The position numbers and the translations under genes were made by a program. Of a DNA stretch of 64,000 bases, positions 31,131 through 40,566 are shown in pieces. Under the pieces are notes generated by a model. It did no database searches. It saw only the letters and a list, made by a program, of their open reading frames with translations, and was not told where the DNA came from. Where the stretch lies: assembly GCA_963810755.1 (NCBI GenBank), contig CAWEOP010000005.1, forward strand, positions 6,394-70,393, given 5' to 3'. Origin of the DNA: an uncultured Gammaproteobacteria bacterium (GTDB taxonomy: Bacteria > Pseudomonadota > Gammaproteobacteria > Steroidobacterales > Rariloculaceae). Numbering within the stretch: position 1 is the stretch's first letter; every line of letters starts with the position of its first letter.

Positions 31131-31884
31131 CGCGTTGTCGCTACTGTTACCTATCGTCTTTGCTTGTTTCCTCTTTATCGAGGCAGGACCTGCACAGGCA
31201 CAAGTTGCCGATTTGCAACGCGAACGGACGCCGGCGCTGACGACGTTCCCCGAATATCCCGAAGATGCGCGCCGGAATCGCCTCGAAGGCGAAGCGACCG
31301 CATGCTTCACGATCGACGCCAAGGGCGGTGTCAATCGAGCCAGAATCAGCAGCAGCACGGACGAAGTTTTCGAGAAGCCGACGTTGAAGGCGATCCGAGC
31401 CTCGACGTTCGAGCCGCTCGCAACCGGTCAAATTGAATCCCGGACACCGACGTGCCGAACGTATCGCTTCACGCTGGATCAACTCGCTCCGCTCTATGTG
31501 CCCCGGGAATCGACCGAGCCCGAGGGCCCTCTCGCCGGCAGCGTTGCAAGCATTCCTCTCGGCTCGGTGCCCGAGCAGCCGTCGCCGCCGGAGCAAGCGA
31601 TTCTCGCGCTCTCAGCCGCCGCCGCTGAGACGCCGGCTGCCGGTGACACACTGATCACCGCGGCCGCCCCTCTGCGGCCGGCAGAGCCCATTTGCGCGAC
31701 TCGGAGGCGCCCGGGGACGCGTATCGACTACACCTACTGCTATACGCCGGAGCAGCAAGTCGAAGCCACAGAGGCCAAGGAACGCTTCCTCCACGACTTG
31801 GACCGAGAGACACAGTCGCGCGACCAAGCGATATTGGAGTATCAGATATCACACGGCGGCGCGATGCCCCCAGTATCCCAATGA
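31120..31884 (+). CDS. TonB C-terminal-domain protein with C-terminal Cys-pair motif
   Basis: YPEDARRNRLEGEA..CFTID..G.V, SS....FE...LKA; tail ICATRRRPGTRIDYTYCYT. Confidence 0.75.
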   Translation: MTRNALSLLLPIVFACFLFIEAGPAQAQVADLQRERTPALTTFPEYPEDARRNRLEGEATACFTIDAKGGVNRARISSSTDEVFEKPTLKAIRASTFEPLATGQIESRTPTCRTYRFTLDQLAPLYVPRESTEPEGPLAGSVASIPLGSVPEQPSPPEQAILALSAAAAETPAAGDTLITAAAPLRPAEPICATRRRPGTRIDYTYCYTPEQQVEATEAKERFLHDLDRETQSRDQAILEYQISHGGAMPPVSQ

Positions 31885-32103
31885 GGCCAGCAGTGCAGTC
31901 GAGCGCAGATCAGCGTGAGTCGAGCTGGAGCTCGCGGCGGTAGCGTTGCGCGAGGTCGACGTAGTGCTCGGCCGTCTTGCGCAGCATTAGGAGCTCCGGC
32001 GTCGGTGACTTCGCGCGCGCGGCGCGCCGGCGCACCGATGATCAGCGAGCGATCGGGAAACTGCGCCTAGTGGGGTTCGCTCGAGATGTGAGGCCAACCG
32101 AAA

Positions 32104-33354
32104 ATGCGAGGTCAGGAGCCTTATGGACGTGCCGGTGGGGAGGCAAGCGGGTTCGCGCAAGCGTTGAGCCGTGCGGCTGCCCTCCTGGAGCTCGGTGACT
32201 TCGAAGGGGCCGAGCGCGAGTATGCGCGCGCCGTGGCGCTCGAGCCGTCGGATCACGCCTCGCAGTTCGGCCTTGCCAAGCTGCGATACATGCGCGGCGA
32301 TCCCTACTTCGCGCGCGACCTCGTCGCCGCGACCCTGCGCGACCGCGATAACGGTCTGCTCCAGTTGCAATTCGCGAACGTGCTGCGCCAAACGGGAGAC
32401 TTGTCGGGCGCGGAGCTTCTGCTGCGCGATCTGATCGCGCGAGCGGGGCCGGCCCCGGAGCTTCGCTCGTCGCTCGCCACCGTGCTACACGCGGCTGGCC
32501 GATTGCAGGAAGCGGAAGTCGAGGCGCGCGCGGCCGCGAGTGTCGGTGCGGCCGACGCGAACATCCTGCGCAACTGGGTGGCGGTGCTCCTGTCCTTGGG
32601 CCGCGCGGACGATGCGCTGCCTGTGATTCGGGCGGAACGTGCGCGTGCTCCGCTCGACGCGTCGTGGATCGCCGACGAGGCGACCGCCGCGCGCATGGCG
32701 GGCGATCCGGCCTATGCGTCGCTCTACGACTACGAAAGGTTCGTACGTGTCTACGACCTCGAACCGCCGTCGGGATGGCGTTCGATGGCGGAGCTCAACG
32801 CAGCGCTGGAGACACTTCTCACGGCTCGGCACACGCTCGCACGGCATCCGTTCGATCAAAGCATGCGGTTCGGCACGCAGACGATGGGCGATTTGCAGCG
32901 AGATAGCGATCCCGCGATCCAGGCCGTGCTGCATGCCTTTCTAGAGCCGATCGCGGACTACCGCATGAAGCTCGGTGAAGACGCGAGTCACCCGCTGTCG
33001 GCGCGCAATTCAGGCGAATCGCGTTACGTCGGCTGTTGGTCCGTGCAGCTCGCGCAGCACGGCTTTCACGTGAACCACCTGCATCCCGAAGGCTGGCTGA
33101 GCTCGGCCTACTATGTCGCGGTGCCGACCGAGACCGCCGATGCACGCGAGCGCTCGGGGTGGATCAAGTTCGGAGAGCCGGCGCTACCCGTGCCGGGCGT
33201 CGAGGCCGATTTTGCGGTGCAGCCGCGGCCGGGACGGCTCGTCCTGTTCCCGTCTTATATGTGGCACGGTACGACGGCCATTCGCGGCACGGAGCCCCGC
33301 CTCACCATGGCGTTCGATGTCGTGACGACGGCCGACCGCTCGGGCCCATCTTGA
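32104..33354 (+). CDS. TPR repeats fused to a putative 2OG-Fe(II) oxygenase
   Basis: N-terminal TPRs; QSMRFGTQT, WSV.L...GFHVNHLHPEGWLSSAYYV, LFPSYMWHGT, RLTMAFD. Confidence 0.85.
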   Translation: MRGQEPYGRAGGEASGFAQALSRAAALLELGDFEGAEREYARAVALEPSDHASQFGLAKLRYMRGDPYFARDLVAATLRDRDNGLLQLQFANVLRQTGDLSGAELLLRDLIARAGPAPELRSSLATVLHAAGRLQEAEVEARAAASVGAADANILRNWVAVLLSLGRADDALPVIRAERARAPLDASWIADEATAARMAGDPAYASLYDYERFVRVYDLEPPSGWRSMAELNAALETLLTARHTLARHPFDQSMRFGTQTMGDLQRDSDPAIQAVLHAFLEPIADYRMKLGEDASHPLSARNSGESRYVGCWSVQLAQHGFHVNHLHPEGWLSSAYYVAVPTETADARERSGWIKFGEPALPVPGVEADFAVQPRPGRLVLFPSYMWHGTTAIRGTEPRLTMAFDVVTTADRSGPS

Positions 33355-33369
33355 TCCGAACGCTTCGCC

Positions 33370-33404
33370 AAAAAAGAAGGCGAGTCGCTTACGACTCGCC
33401 TTCG
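33370..33404 (-). terminator. Rho-independent terminator after the TBDR
   Basis: 12-bp stem GAAGGCGAGTCG/CGACTCGCCTTC with 4-nt loop followed by T7 on the minus strand. Confidence 0.85.
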
Positions 33405-33427
33405 AATTGGCCGGTTGGCCTAAACGG

Positions 33428-36400
33428 TCAGAAGTTCATCTGTATGCCGAGATAGAAACGCCGGCCGAGCACGTCGTAGAAGCTCGCATTCGTGTCGCCG
33501 AGGTTGTTGTCCGGCGTCAACCCCAACGCCACGGAGCCGGGGTCCGCACCGACGACCGGCGGCTCCTCATCGAGCAGGTTGTCGATGCCGCCGCGAAACT
33601 CGATGCGGTCGTTGATCTGATACCGCCCGAACAAGTTGAATATGCTGTACGCGGCGACGGGCAGGATGCGCGTGTTCGGATCGCGGGCAGCGTCGTCGTC
33701 TTTGATCGAGGGGTAATACCGCCAATTCAAGCCGACCTGCGAGTTCGCGAACGAGTAACTGAACGTCGTCACGAGCCGGTAGTCGAATTGCCCGACGTCG
33801 GTCGGCGTGGTCCCGGCCAAAGTTCCCGCCGCATCGAAGATGGGTTCTTCCGGGTTGTCCTGCATCTCGAAGCGGTCGAGGTACGTTGCCACCGTGTTGA
33901 TGTTGAACGATCCGGGACCGAAGTCCGCAGACCAGTTCACCGACGCGTCGAGACCCGTCGTGTTGAGAACGCCCGTGTTGAAGTACGGCGCCTCGACGGT
34001 CGAGCGCCCGCCGTTGATCGGGTTACGCGCGATGAGCTTGCAGTAGCCGCCCGGATCGTCCAACGAGTACGTCGGGTTGCTCGTGCCGTTCGCGTTGAAG
34101 CACTGCGAATAGGTGAAGACCGAATCGAGCGGCGCAATCGCTTCGGCGATCTCGACGTTGTAGATGTCGAACGACGCCACGAGGTTGTCGAGGTTGCCGG
34201 GTCCATTCAACACGACGCCGATCGTCCAAGTCTCGGCTTCCTCCGGCACAAGGTTCGCGTTGCCCTTGACGTTCTCGTTCTCGAGCGGGAAGAACGGGCT
34301 ACCTGGACGGGCAAAGTTGTTCGCCTGGGTGCTGCCCGGAGCACCGAAGTCCGACGTCGTGTTGCCGATGATGGCGGCGCACAGCGTCTGCGCCTGCAGC
34401 CGATTGGGGTTCGCAGCGGTGTTGCCCCACGGCGCGAGCGTCGTATACGAGCAAGGATCGCTGGGCGCGAAGGTCACGGTCGTAATTGCCGGGTTCGCAT
34501 AGAGCTCGGCCACGTTCGGCGCGCGGGTGGCGAACTGGAAGCCGCCGCGAAGGCTGACACCTTCGGTCGCGCGGAAGTTGAACAGCGCCTTCCAAGTATC
34601 CGCGCCGCCGGACGTGTCGTAGTCCGAGTAGCGGTAGCCGAACTCCAGATCGAGCCGATCCGCCAACGGCACGAGCAGCTCGCCGTAGATCTCTTTGACC
34701 TCGGTTTCGCCCGTCGCGTTGTTCGCGACGAAAATACCCTGCGGCTGCTCGATGACCGAGACGTTGTCGTTGATCTCCGACGGCTCGAACAAGAAGCTGT
34801 TCCTGCGGGCTGTCGCGCCCACGGCGAAGCGCAGCTCTCCGGACCGCATGTCGACGATCTTGCCTTGCAAGTTGAACTCGGCGATGTCTTGGTCGACTTC
34901 CGTCAGGGCCTTCATCTTGGACTGGATGGACTCGATGCAGTTGTCCGAGGGCCAAGCTCCGCCGAACGTCGGCAACCCGGTCGTACACGTTTGCGAATAA
35001 CCCGCGCCGAACACATAAGCCGGCTTGGCCCCAGTTCGGCGCCGACACGAGCGACTGATAGCGCTGCTGCGAGCCGTTGAAGCCCAAATACAGGTTCGTC
35101 GTGTGACCCGTCGAGATGTACCCCTCGTAGGTCCAGTCGTTACCCGGCAAGCGACCCTCGACGCCAAACATCGTCTGGTACATCTGCGTCTCGTTCGTGC
35201 TGCGCTCGTTGCCGAGGTAATCCAAGCCACGGTACAAGACCCACGGAGCGGTGGCGCCCGTGTTCGCGATCGGGGCGCCACTCGCGTTAGTTCTCACGGT
35301 GCGCGAGTTGAGCAAAGCCTGTAGATCGGCCGGTATCGCGCGCCCGTCGTTCGGAATCACGGCTTGCCATACCGTGATCGCCGGTATGAAGCCCGAAACT
35401 TGATTCGTGTCGATCGAGCTGTAGTTGGCTTGCACAAACGCCCGCAGATTGTCGTTGATGTCGTAGACCGCGCGGCCGAAGGCCGACTGGCGGTCGAGCG
35501 GAATCGACAGCAGCTGCTCCATCCCCACTTGCTCGAGGAACCCGTCGGGTCGGCCCTTGACGCCCGTGTAGCCCTGGCCGTCGAGCTCGGTTTTCATCAC
35601 CGGCCCGCGGTAGTTCAGGCCGTTCTGTAGGAACGGTGTGCCGTCGGGGTTCCAGAAGACCTCGGCCGTGTTCGACACCCTCCTGCAGGTCGACGCCGCG
35701 ACAGCGCCCGTGCACGGCGCGGCGGTCGGATCGAAGTTGGGGAGGTATTTCGACCATACGGCGTCCATGGCCGCCTGGCTCGGCGGGTTCGACTGCACCG
35801 TCGGGAAGCGCGCATCGGCGGCCGCGCCGGCGCGGTAGCCGGCCGCCTGCAAAAAGCCGCCCGAAATCGAGCCGGTGTCGAACCAGCCGGCAGCTTTCCA
35901 GTCACGATTCTTTTGCAGAACGGCCTCGCGCCTCGTCCAGTCGACGCCGAACATCACGTTGCCGCGACCCTCGGCAGCGTTCATGCCGATCAACGCGCTG
36001 AACTTGCTCTCGGCGCCGTCGCCTTCGAGGCTCTCACCCGATTGGACGTCGATCGACACGCCCTCGAAGTCGTCCTTGAGCACGAAGTTCACGACGCCGG
36101 CGAGCGCGTCCGCTCCGTACACCGCCGAGGCGCCGCCCGTGATCGTTTCGACGCGCTCGACGGCGGCCGATGGAATCGTGTTGATGTCGACGATCAGCAG
36201 CGCGTTGGCGGGCTGCGCGCGGCGGCCGTTGATGAGCACGAGATTGCGGTTCACGCCCAAGCCGCGAAGATTGAGGCTCGCGATGCCGGGCGTCACGAAC
36301 GCCGACGGCTCGGTGGTGCTCGTATCGAACTGCGTGTCGCCTGCCACGAACTGCGGCATCGCATTGAGCGTGGCTTCGACGCCGACGTTGCTTGTGTTCT

Positions 36401-36623
36401 CGAGCTGCTCGGTACCGACCGTGATCAGCGGACTCGAGGACTCGAGGTCGCGACGCAGGATGCGCGAGCCGGTGACGGTGATTTCCTCGACGGCTTGCTG
36501 CTGCTGCGACTGCTCCTGCGCATGAGCCGACTGCAGCGCACAGCCCGCAAATATCGCAGAGATCGTAGACCCGAGCACTGTTTGAGGCGGCATATCGGGC
36601 CGCGGCTGGTATTGAGATTTCAT
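33428..36623 (-). CDS. TonB-dependent receptor (one frameshift near 35020)
   Basis: EEITVTGSRI, DINTIPSAAVERVETITGGASAVYGADALAGVVNF, RAPNVAEL, C-terminal YDVLGRRFYLGIQMNF. Confidence 0.92.
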
Positions 36624-36779
36624 TCGATCTGACCCCCCCTGTTGAAGCATCCAATTATTCTTGTGGAGCCATAGAACCGCGTTCCTGCGAGCGGCAGAAG
36701 ACCGGTCAACGCAGAAGGACGAAACGCACGTCTGTAGCGCGGAAGCTACGGCCAAATTGAACTTAACACCCCAGGTATC

Positions 36780-36809
36780 CTAGTACTGCGGTTTGTTAAG
36801 GAATGTCAA
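36780..36809 (-). promoter_or_regulatory. Possible sigma70 promoter for the TBDR
   Basis: Perfect TTGACA (36809-36804), 18-nt spacer, weak -10 TACTAG; AT-rich tract upstream. Confidence 0.35.
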
Positions 36810-36961
36810 GAAGAAGAAAAAAGAAGTAGCTATGAGAGGCTCAAAACGCGGGGCGACGGTCTTCGATAACTGGTAGTAATGGGATCGCGGATGCCAGGAA
36901 TTGGTAGTGCCATCGAGACGCGCGAGCACGCGGAGCGCGGGATGCGTCTTCACAGTGGTCT

Positions 36962-38179
36962 TCAATCATTGAAGTAGTAGCGCACGAGCAGTCGTGCGCT
37001 TCGAGTGAACTCGCCATCGGTCACGCGTGGCCGAAAGCGGCTCCGGGAGACGAGGTGGACGAGGCGCTGCTTGGCTTCATTCGTCGCGTTGTCCGAGGCA
37101 CCGAGTATGTCGATCGCGCGGCTCTGCCCGAATTTCGTGAGCTCGAACTCGATGTCGATATATCCCGAAGGTTCTCGCGTTTCGTCTCGCGCGAACGGAT
37201 TCGGCAGGAACGTTGGTAGCACGACGGGCACGTCCGGCGAGAACAGGCGCTCGATCGATTCTTGTCCCGCTTTTTCGAGCTTGAGGTATTCGTACGCCAC
37301 CGCGTAGAGCTCGAGCGGCGCACCTCTGTTCGATACGAACAACAGATCCCAGTCCGCCAATTGTACGAGTGCGTCGATTTGGCTCGAGCGCGGGGCTCCC
37401 GTCATGACCTCGTATGAGAACAGACGCCGAAGGCTCGCCCGACCGACGCCAAATACTTCGTACGCATAGCTGCTGCGAACGAGCTCCATCTCGAGGTCGC
37501 GCAGCTCGTCGCTTGCGTAGAGCTCGTTTCGCTGTAGAACGTTTATCGCGTCGAAGTAATGAGTCCAGGCGTCGTCGAGAAGCGAACTCACGACGACGCG
37601 CTTGCTCCCGGAATAGCAGCTTCCGATATCGTCGTACGGAATCGGATCGAAGTAGCAGCCGAGAGTGATCTCCGGGGGAAACTCACCGCTGAGGTAGCGC
37701 TGCAGGACGCCCATGCGCTTCGCGCCGATCTCGCGCAATATCGGTACGGTGCGCAAGTCGCTGGGATGTCGCTTTACGAGGTCCAGCAGCTCCTGCTCTA
37801 GGGTCCATGCCATTTGCGCGTTGCCGGTGGCCTCTTCGTTCAGAAGCTGCTCCTGCAACAACGGTGCCTGCTCGAGAGAGCGAAGGCCAAAGTTCGCGCG
37901 TACGATCTGCAACGCTTGCTCGATGGCCGCAGCGGCGAGCTTGCGGTCGCCGCTTTCGCGATAGAGCGCGGCCAACGCAGTGAACGGATCCAGCAGCTGC
38001 GCAGAATGGGGTCCCTCGTGCGCCCGTATCTCGTTGATGGAATCGACAAGCTGACGCTGTTCGTCCTCCGCAACGAACCGCGACAGAGCCTGGGAGAATC
38101 CGACGGAGGGGGCGAGGGTAGCCGCGAGCGCGAAAATGCCGACCGTCAACGGCGTACGGTGTAGGGTGATACCCACCAT
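36962..38179 (-). CDS. Secreted helical/TPR-like protein with C-terminal TonB-C-like domain
   Basis: Signal peptide; AIEQALQIVRANFGL; C-terminal GYIDIEFELTKFG...SRFRPRVTDGE...RYYF. Confidence 0.65.
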   Translation of the reverse strand: MVGITLHRTPLTVGIFALAATLAPSVGFSQALSRFVAEDEQRQLVDSINEIRAHEGPHSAQLLDPFTALAALYRESGDRKLAAAAIEQALQIVRANFGLRSLEQAPLLQEQLLNEEATGNAQMAWTLEQELLDLVKRHPSDLRTVPILREIGAKRMGVLQRYLSGEFPPEITLGCYFDPIPYDDIGSCYSGSKRVVVSSLLDDAWTHYFDAINVLQRNELYASDELRDLEMELVRSSYAYEVFGVGRASLRRLFSYEVMTGAPRSSQIDALVQLADWDLLFVSNRGAPLELYAVAYEYLKLEKAGQESIERLFSPDVPVVLPTFLPNPFARDETREPSGYIDIEFELTKFGQSRAIDILGASDNATNEAKQRLVHLVSRSRFRPRVTDGEFTRSARLLVRYYFND

Positions 38180-38405
38180 AGCCCTCCCTGAGAAGCTGAC
38201 TTTCGACCTCGCCCGCCGTAAAGGCCGGGGGTCTCGGCGAAAGACAGCTTAGCACTCCGCTAGCGGCGTTCGCGCCTTGCAACGGACCTTTCACACGGCT
38301 CGCGGAGCGGTACACTAGACACCCGGGCGGGCCCCGGCCCCCCCCAAGTGCTAGCCGCGCCGGCCGCGGCATTCTTACGATGGCTACGATCGTGAGGACT
38401 AGCAG

Positions 38406-39173
38406 ATGACACATTGCGCGTTACTGTGCCGCTGGCCCGTCGTCACGCTTGCGCTGATTGCGGGGGGGAGCACGTGGGCCGACGACTCCGCATATCGCGA
38501 TATCCCGAGCTCCGCTCCGCAGCCCGAGCGACCGGCGGCGATCACCGTGTTGCCCGCGTATCCGGCCGACGCGCAAAGGGACCGCGCGGTAGGTGAGGCG
38601 ACTGTCTGCTTTGACGTCGACTCCCGCGGCCGCGTGCTACGACCGAGCGTCAGCAGCAGCACGCACGAGAGCTTCGAGCGACCCGCAATCAAAGCGATCC
38701 GCGCATCGACGTTCATGCCGATCGCCAAGGATCGAATTCGATCCGGGTCGGAGATGTGCCGCGTCTACCATTTCGATCCCGATGCCATTCTCGCGGCCGA
38801 CCGCGCGAGCGAGATCGCAGTGGGCAGCGCAGCTAGCACCGCCGAAACTGCAAGCTCGCTATCCTCGACGGCCGCGACGCTGCTGGCAAAACCGGGTGGC
38901 ACTGCCGCCTCGTCCCCGGAGCCAGGCGCCGGCGCGCAACCGACGCTGCTTGCCGAGCGCGGCGACGCGACGGTTTGCAGGACCATGCAGCGCCCTGGAT
39001 CGCGTATCTCGGAGAGAATTTGTTATACGCAAAAGGAGGAGCTCGCGGCGCAGGAGGCCAGCAAAAGGATGATCTCCGACCTCGAGCGCGAGCAGCACTT
39101 TCGCGACCAAGCCATTCAAGAAGCGGCAGCGAGGGGCCGCTTTCCGAGCCCCCCCGGAATGCCCAGTCGCTGA
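38406..39173 (+). CDS. Second TonB C-terminal-domain protein, paralogue of 31120-31884
   Basis: YPADAQRDRAVGEATVCFDVDSRGRV, AIKAIRASTF; tail VCRTMQRPGSRISERICYT. Confidence 0.75.
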   Translation: MTHCALLCRWPVVTLALIAGGSTWADDSAYRDIPSSAPQPERPAAITVLPAYPADAQRDRAVGEATVCFDVDSRGRVLRPSVSSSTHESFERPAIKAIRASTFMPIAKDRIRSGSEMCRVYHFDPDAILAADRASEIAVGSAASTAETASSLSSTAATLLAKPGGTAASSPEPGAGAQPTLLAERGDATVCRTMQRPGSRISERICYTQKEELAAQEASKRMISDLEREQHFRDQAIQEAAARGRFPSPPGMPSR

Positions 39174-39258
39174 CATCGAAAGCTTAGCCTGGCCAAGCAT
39201 GGCGACTGCGAAGTTGTAGTCGCTGTCGAGCGTTTGCGGATCTTCCTTCAAAGGTCGT

Positions 39259-39653
39259 CTAGGCGACGTTCTCGGCCGGCGAATTGAATACCACGCGGGT
39301 CCGAATGAACGGCGAAAGCACCCACTTCTCGCCGCGCGTCGGCGGCAGCCCCGCGTGCAGGGCTCGCGCATCGGGCTCTTGGGTCGGTAGGACGTTGACG
39401 AAGAACAGCCCGTCGCCGCGGCTGCCTTTGTGCCGGACGTGGAGCAGCGGGAAATCCGTCGCGCCGCCGTCGTAGTCGCCGTTCAAATAGACCCGCGGCA
39501 AATAAGGCGCCTGGTCGCCGACGATCAAGCGCTTGCCGAGCTCGGTCATCGCGTCGAAGTCGCCGTCGCGCGCCGCAACCGCGAGGACGTTGACCGCGCG
39601 TCGTGACGACCGGCCGCATCGTGCCGAGCCGCATGCTCCACCCCGTTCGTCAT
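39259..39653 (-). pseudogene. Internally deleted copy of the Sel1-like/prolyl-4-hydroxylase-like oxygenase at 44069-45145
   Basis: N-terminal LGKRLIVGDQAPYLPR joins directly to C-terminal VYLNGDYDGG...HAGLPPTRGEKW; the HxD region is absent. Confidence 0.75.
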
Positions 39654-39684
39654 TGAATTCCGTTCCGGCCGCGACGCCGGCGCG

Positions 39685-40311
39685 TCAGCGAATGCTGAGC
39701 TTGTGGGACGAGCCGATGTCGCCTCTGACGAACGCGTTGAAAGCCAACGACCAGCGCTCCTCGTTCGAGTAATTCGGATCCACAGAATGTGAGACGACGG
39801 ACGGGAATAGACAAATGTCGTTCGTCTTCGGTTTGTGTCCCCAGCTTTTGCAGTTGTAGATGTTGAACGAGTCCATGTCGAGATCGAGGGCCGGCGGGAA
39901 CGGAATCAAGCTCTGCACGTCGCGGTGGAAGACGATGTCTCCGCCGTCGCCGACGGCCCTGAGGTAGAGCACGCCGGAAAGCAGAGAGTTGTGGTGCATG
40001 TGCGGACCGGCCCGGTCGCCGCGCCGAAAGATGTTGATCCACGAATTCGTGATGTAGAACTCGATGCTCTTGTTGACGACGTAGACTTGGCGCGCGTAAG
40101 TGTCGACCTCGCCGATGATGATGTCGTGAACGCTCTTGTACTCCGGCCGCGCCAGGACGTTCCTATCGGTCGAGCTCAGAAACGGAAACGATTCGCCAGA
40201 CGGAGTCCTATCAGTGAAGTTCAGCGACTTGATGTCCGGTTTCTCGAAGTCTCCGACGTTGTTGACATAGATAGGTGTCGAGAACAAAGGGAAAATTCGC
40301 AATTCGTTCAT
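39685..40311 (-). CDS. Putative 2OG-Fe(II) oxygenase, TIGR02466-like; close paralogue of 24914-25540
   Basis: PLFSTPIYVNNVG, SWIN, HMHHNSLLSGVLY, SLIPFPPALDLDMDSFNIYNCKSW, ERWSLAFN. Confidence 0.82.
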   Translation of the reverse strand: MNELRIFPLFSTPIYVNNVGDFEKPDIKSLNFTDRTPSGESFPFLSSTDRNVLARPEYKSVHDIIIGEVDTYARQVYVVNKSIEFYITNSWINIFRRGDRAGPHMHHNSLLSGVLYLRAVGDGGDIVFHRDVQSLIPFPPALDLDMDSFNIYNCKSWGHKPKTNDICLFPSVVSHSVDPNYSNEERWSLAFNAFVRGDIGSSHKLSIR

Positions 40312-40510
40312 GGTCTCGGCGCGGGGCAGCTTAACCGTCCCCAGGTTGGGAAGCCTTTGTAGCAATCAGTGTGTGCGAGCTCGTTGCGCGCGAGCAATAC
40401 GGGTCGGAGCAGCATCCGCATTGGCTAGCAAAAAACGAGGTGGTCCGACGCGTCACCGTGGGGGGACCAACGCGTGCAGGACCAGGCCGACATCGATTTC
40501 GGCTGAGCGT

Positions 40511-40541
40511 AAAAAAAAACGGCGGGCATCGCTGCCCGCCG
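40511..40541 (-). terminator. Rho-independent terminator after the TBDR
   Basis: 9-bp stem CGGCGGGCA/TGCCCGCCG followed by T9 on the minus strand. Confidence 0.85.
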
Positions 40542-40566
40542 CCGAATAACAAAAAGCACGTTCTGA

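Noticed and set aside
36780-36965. 61-aa ORF downstream of the 36962-38179 gene
   Set aside because: It runs through the AT-rich promoter region (FFFFL) with poor codon usage and is probably not coding.
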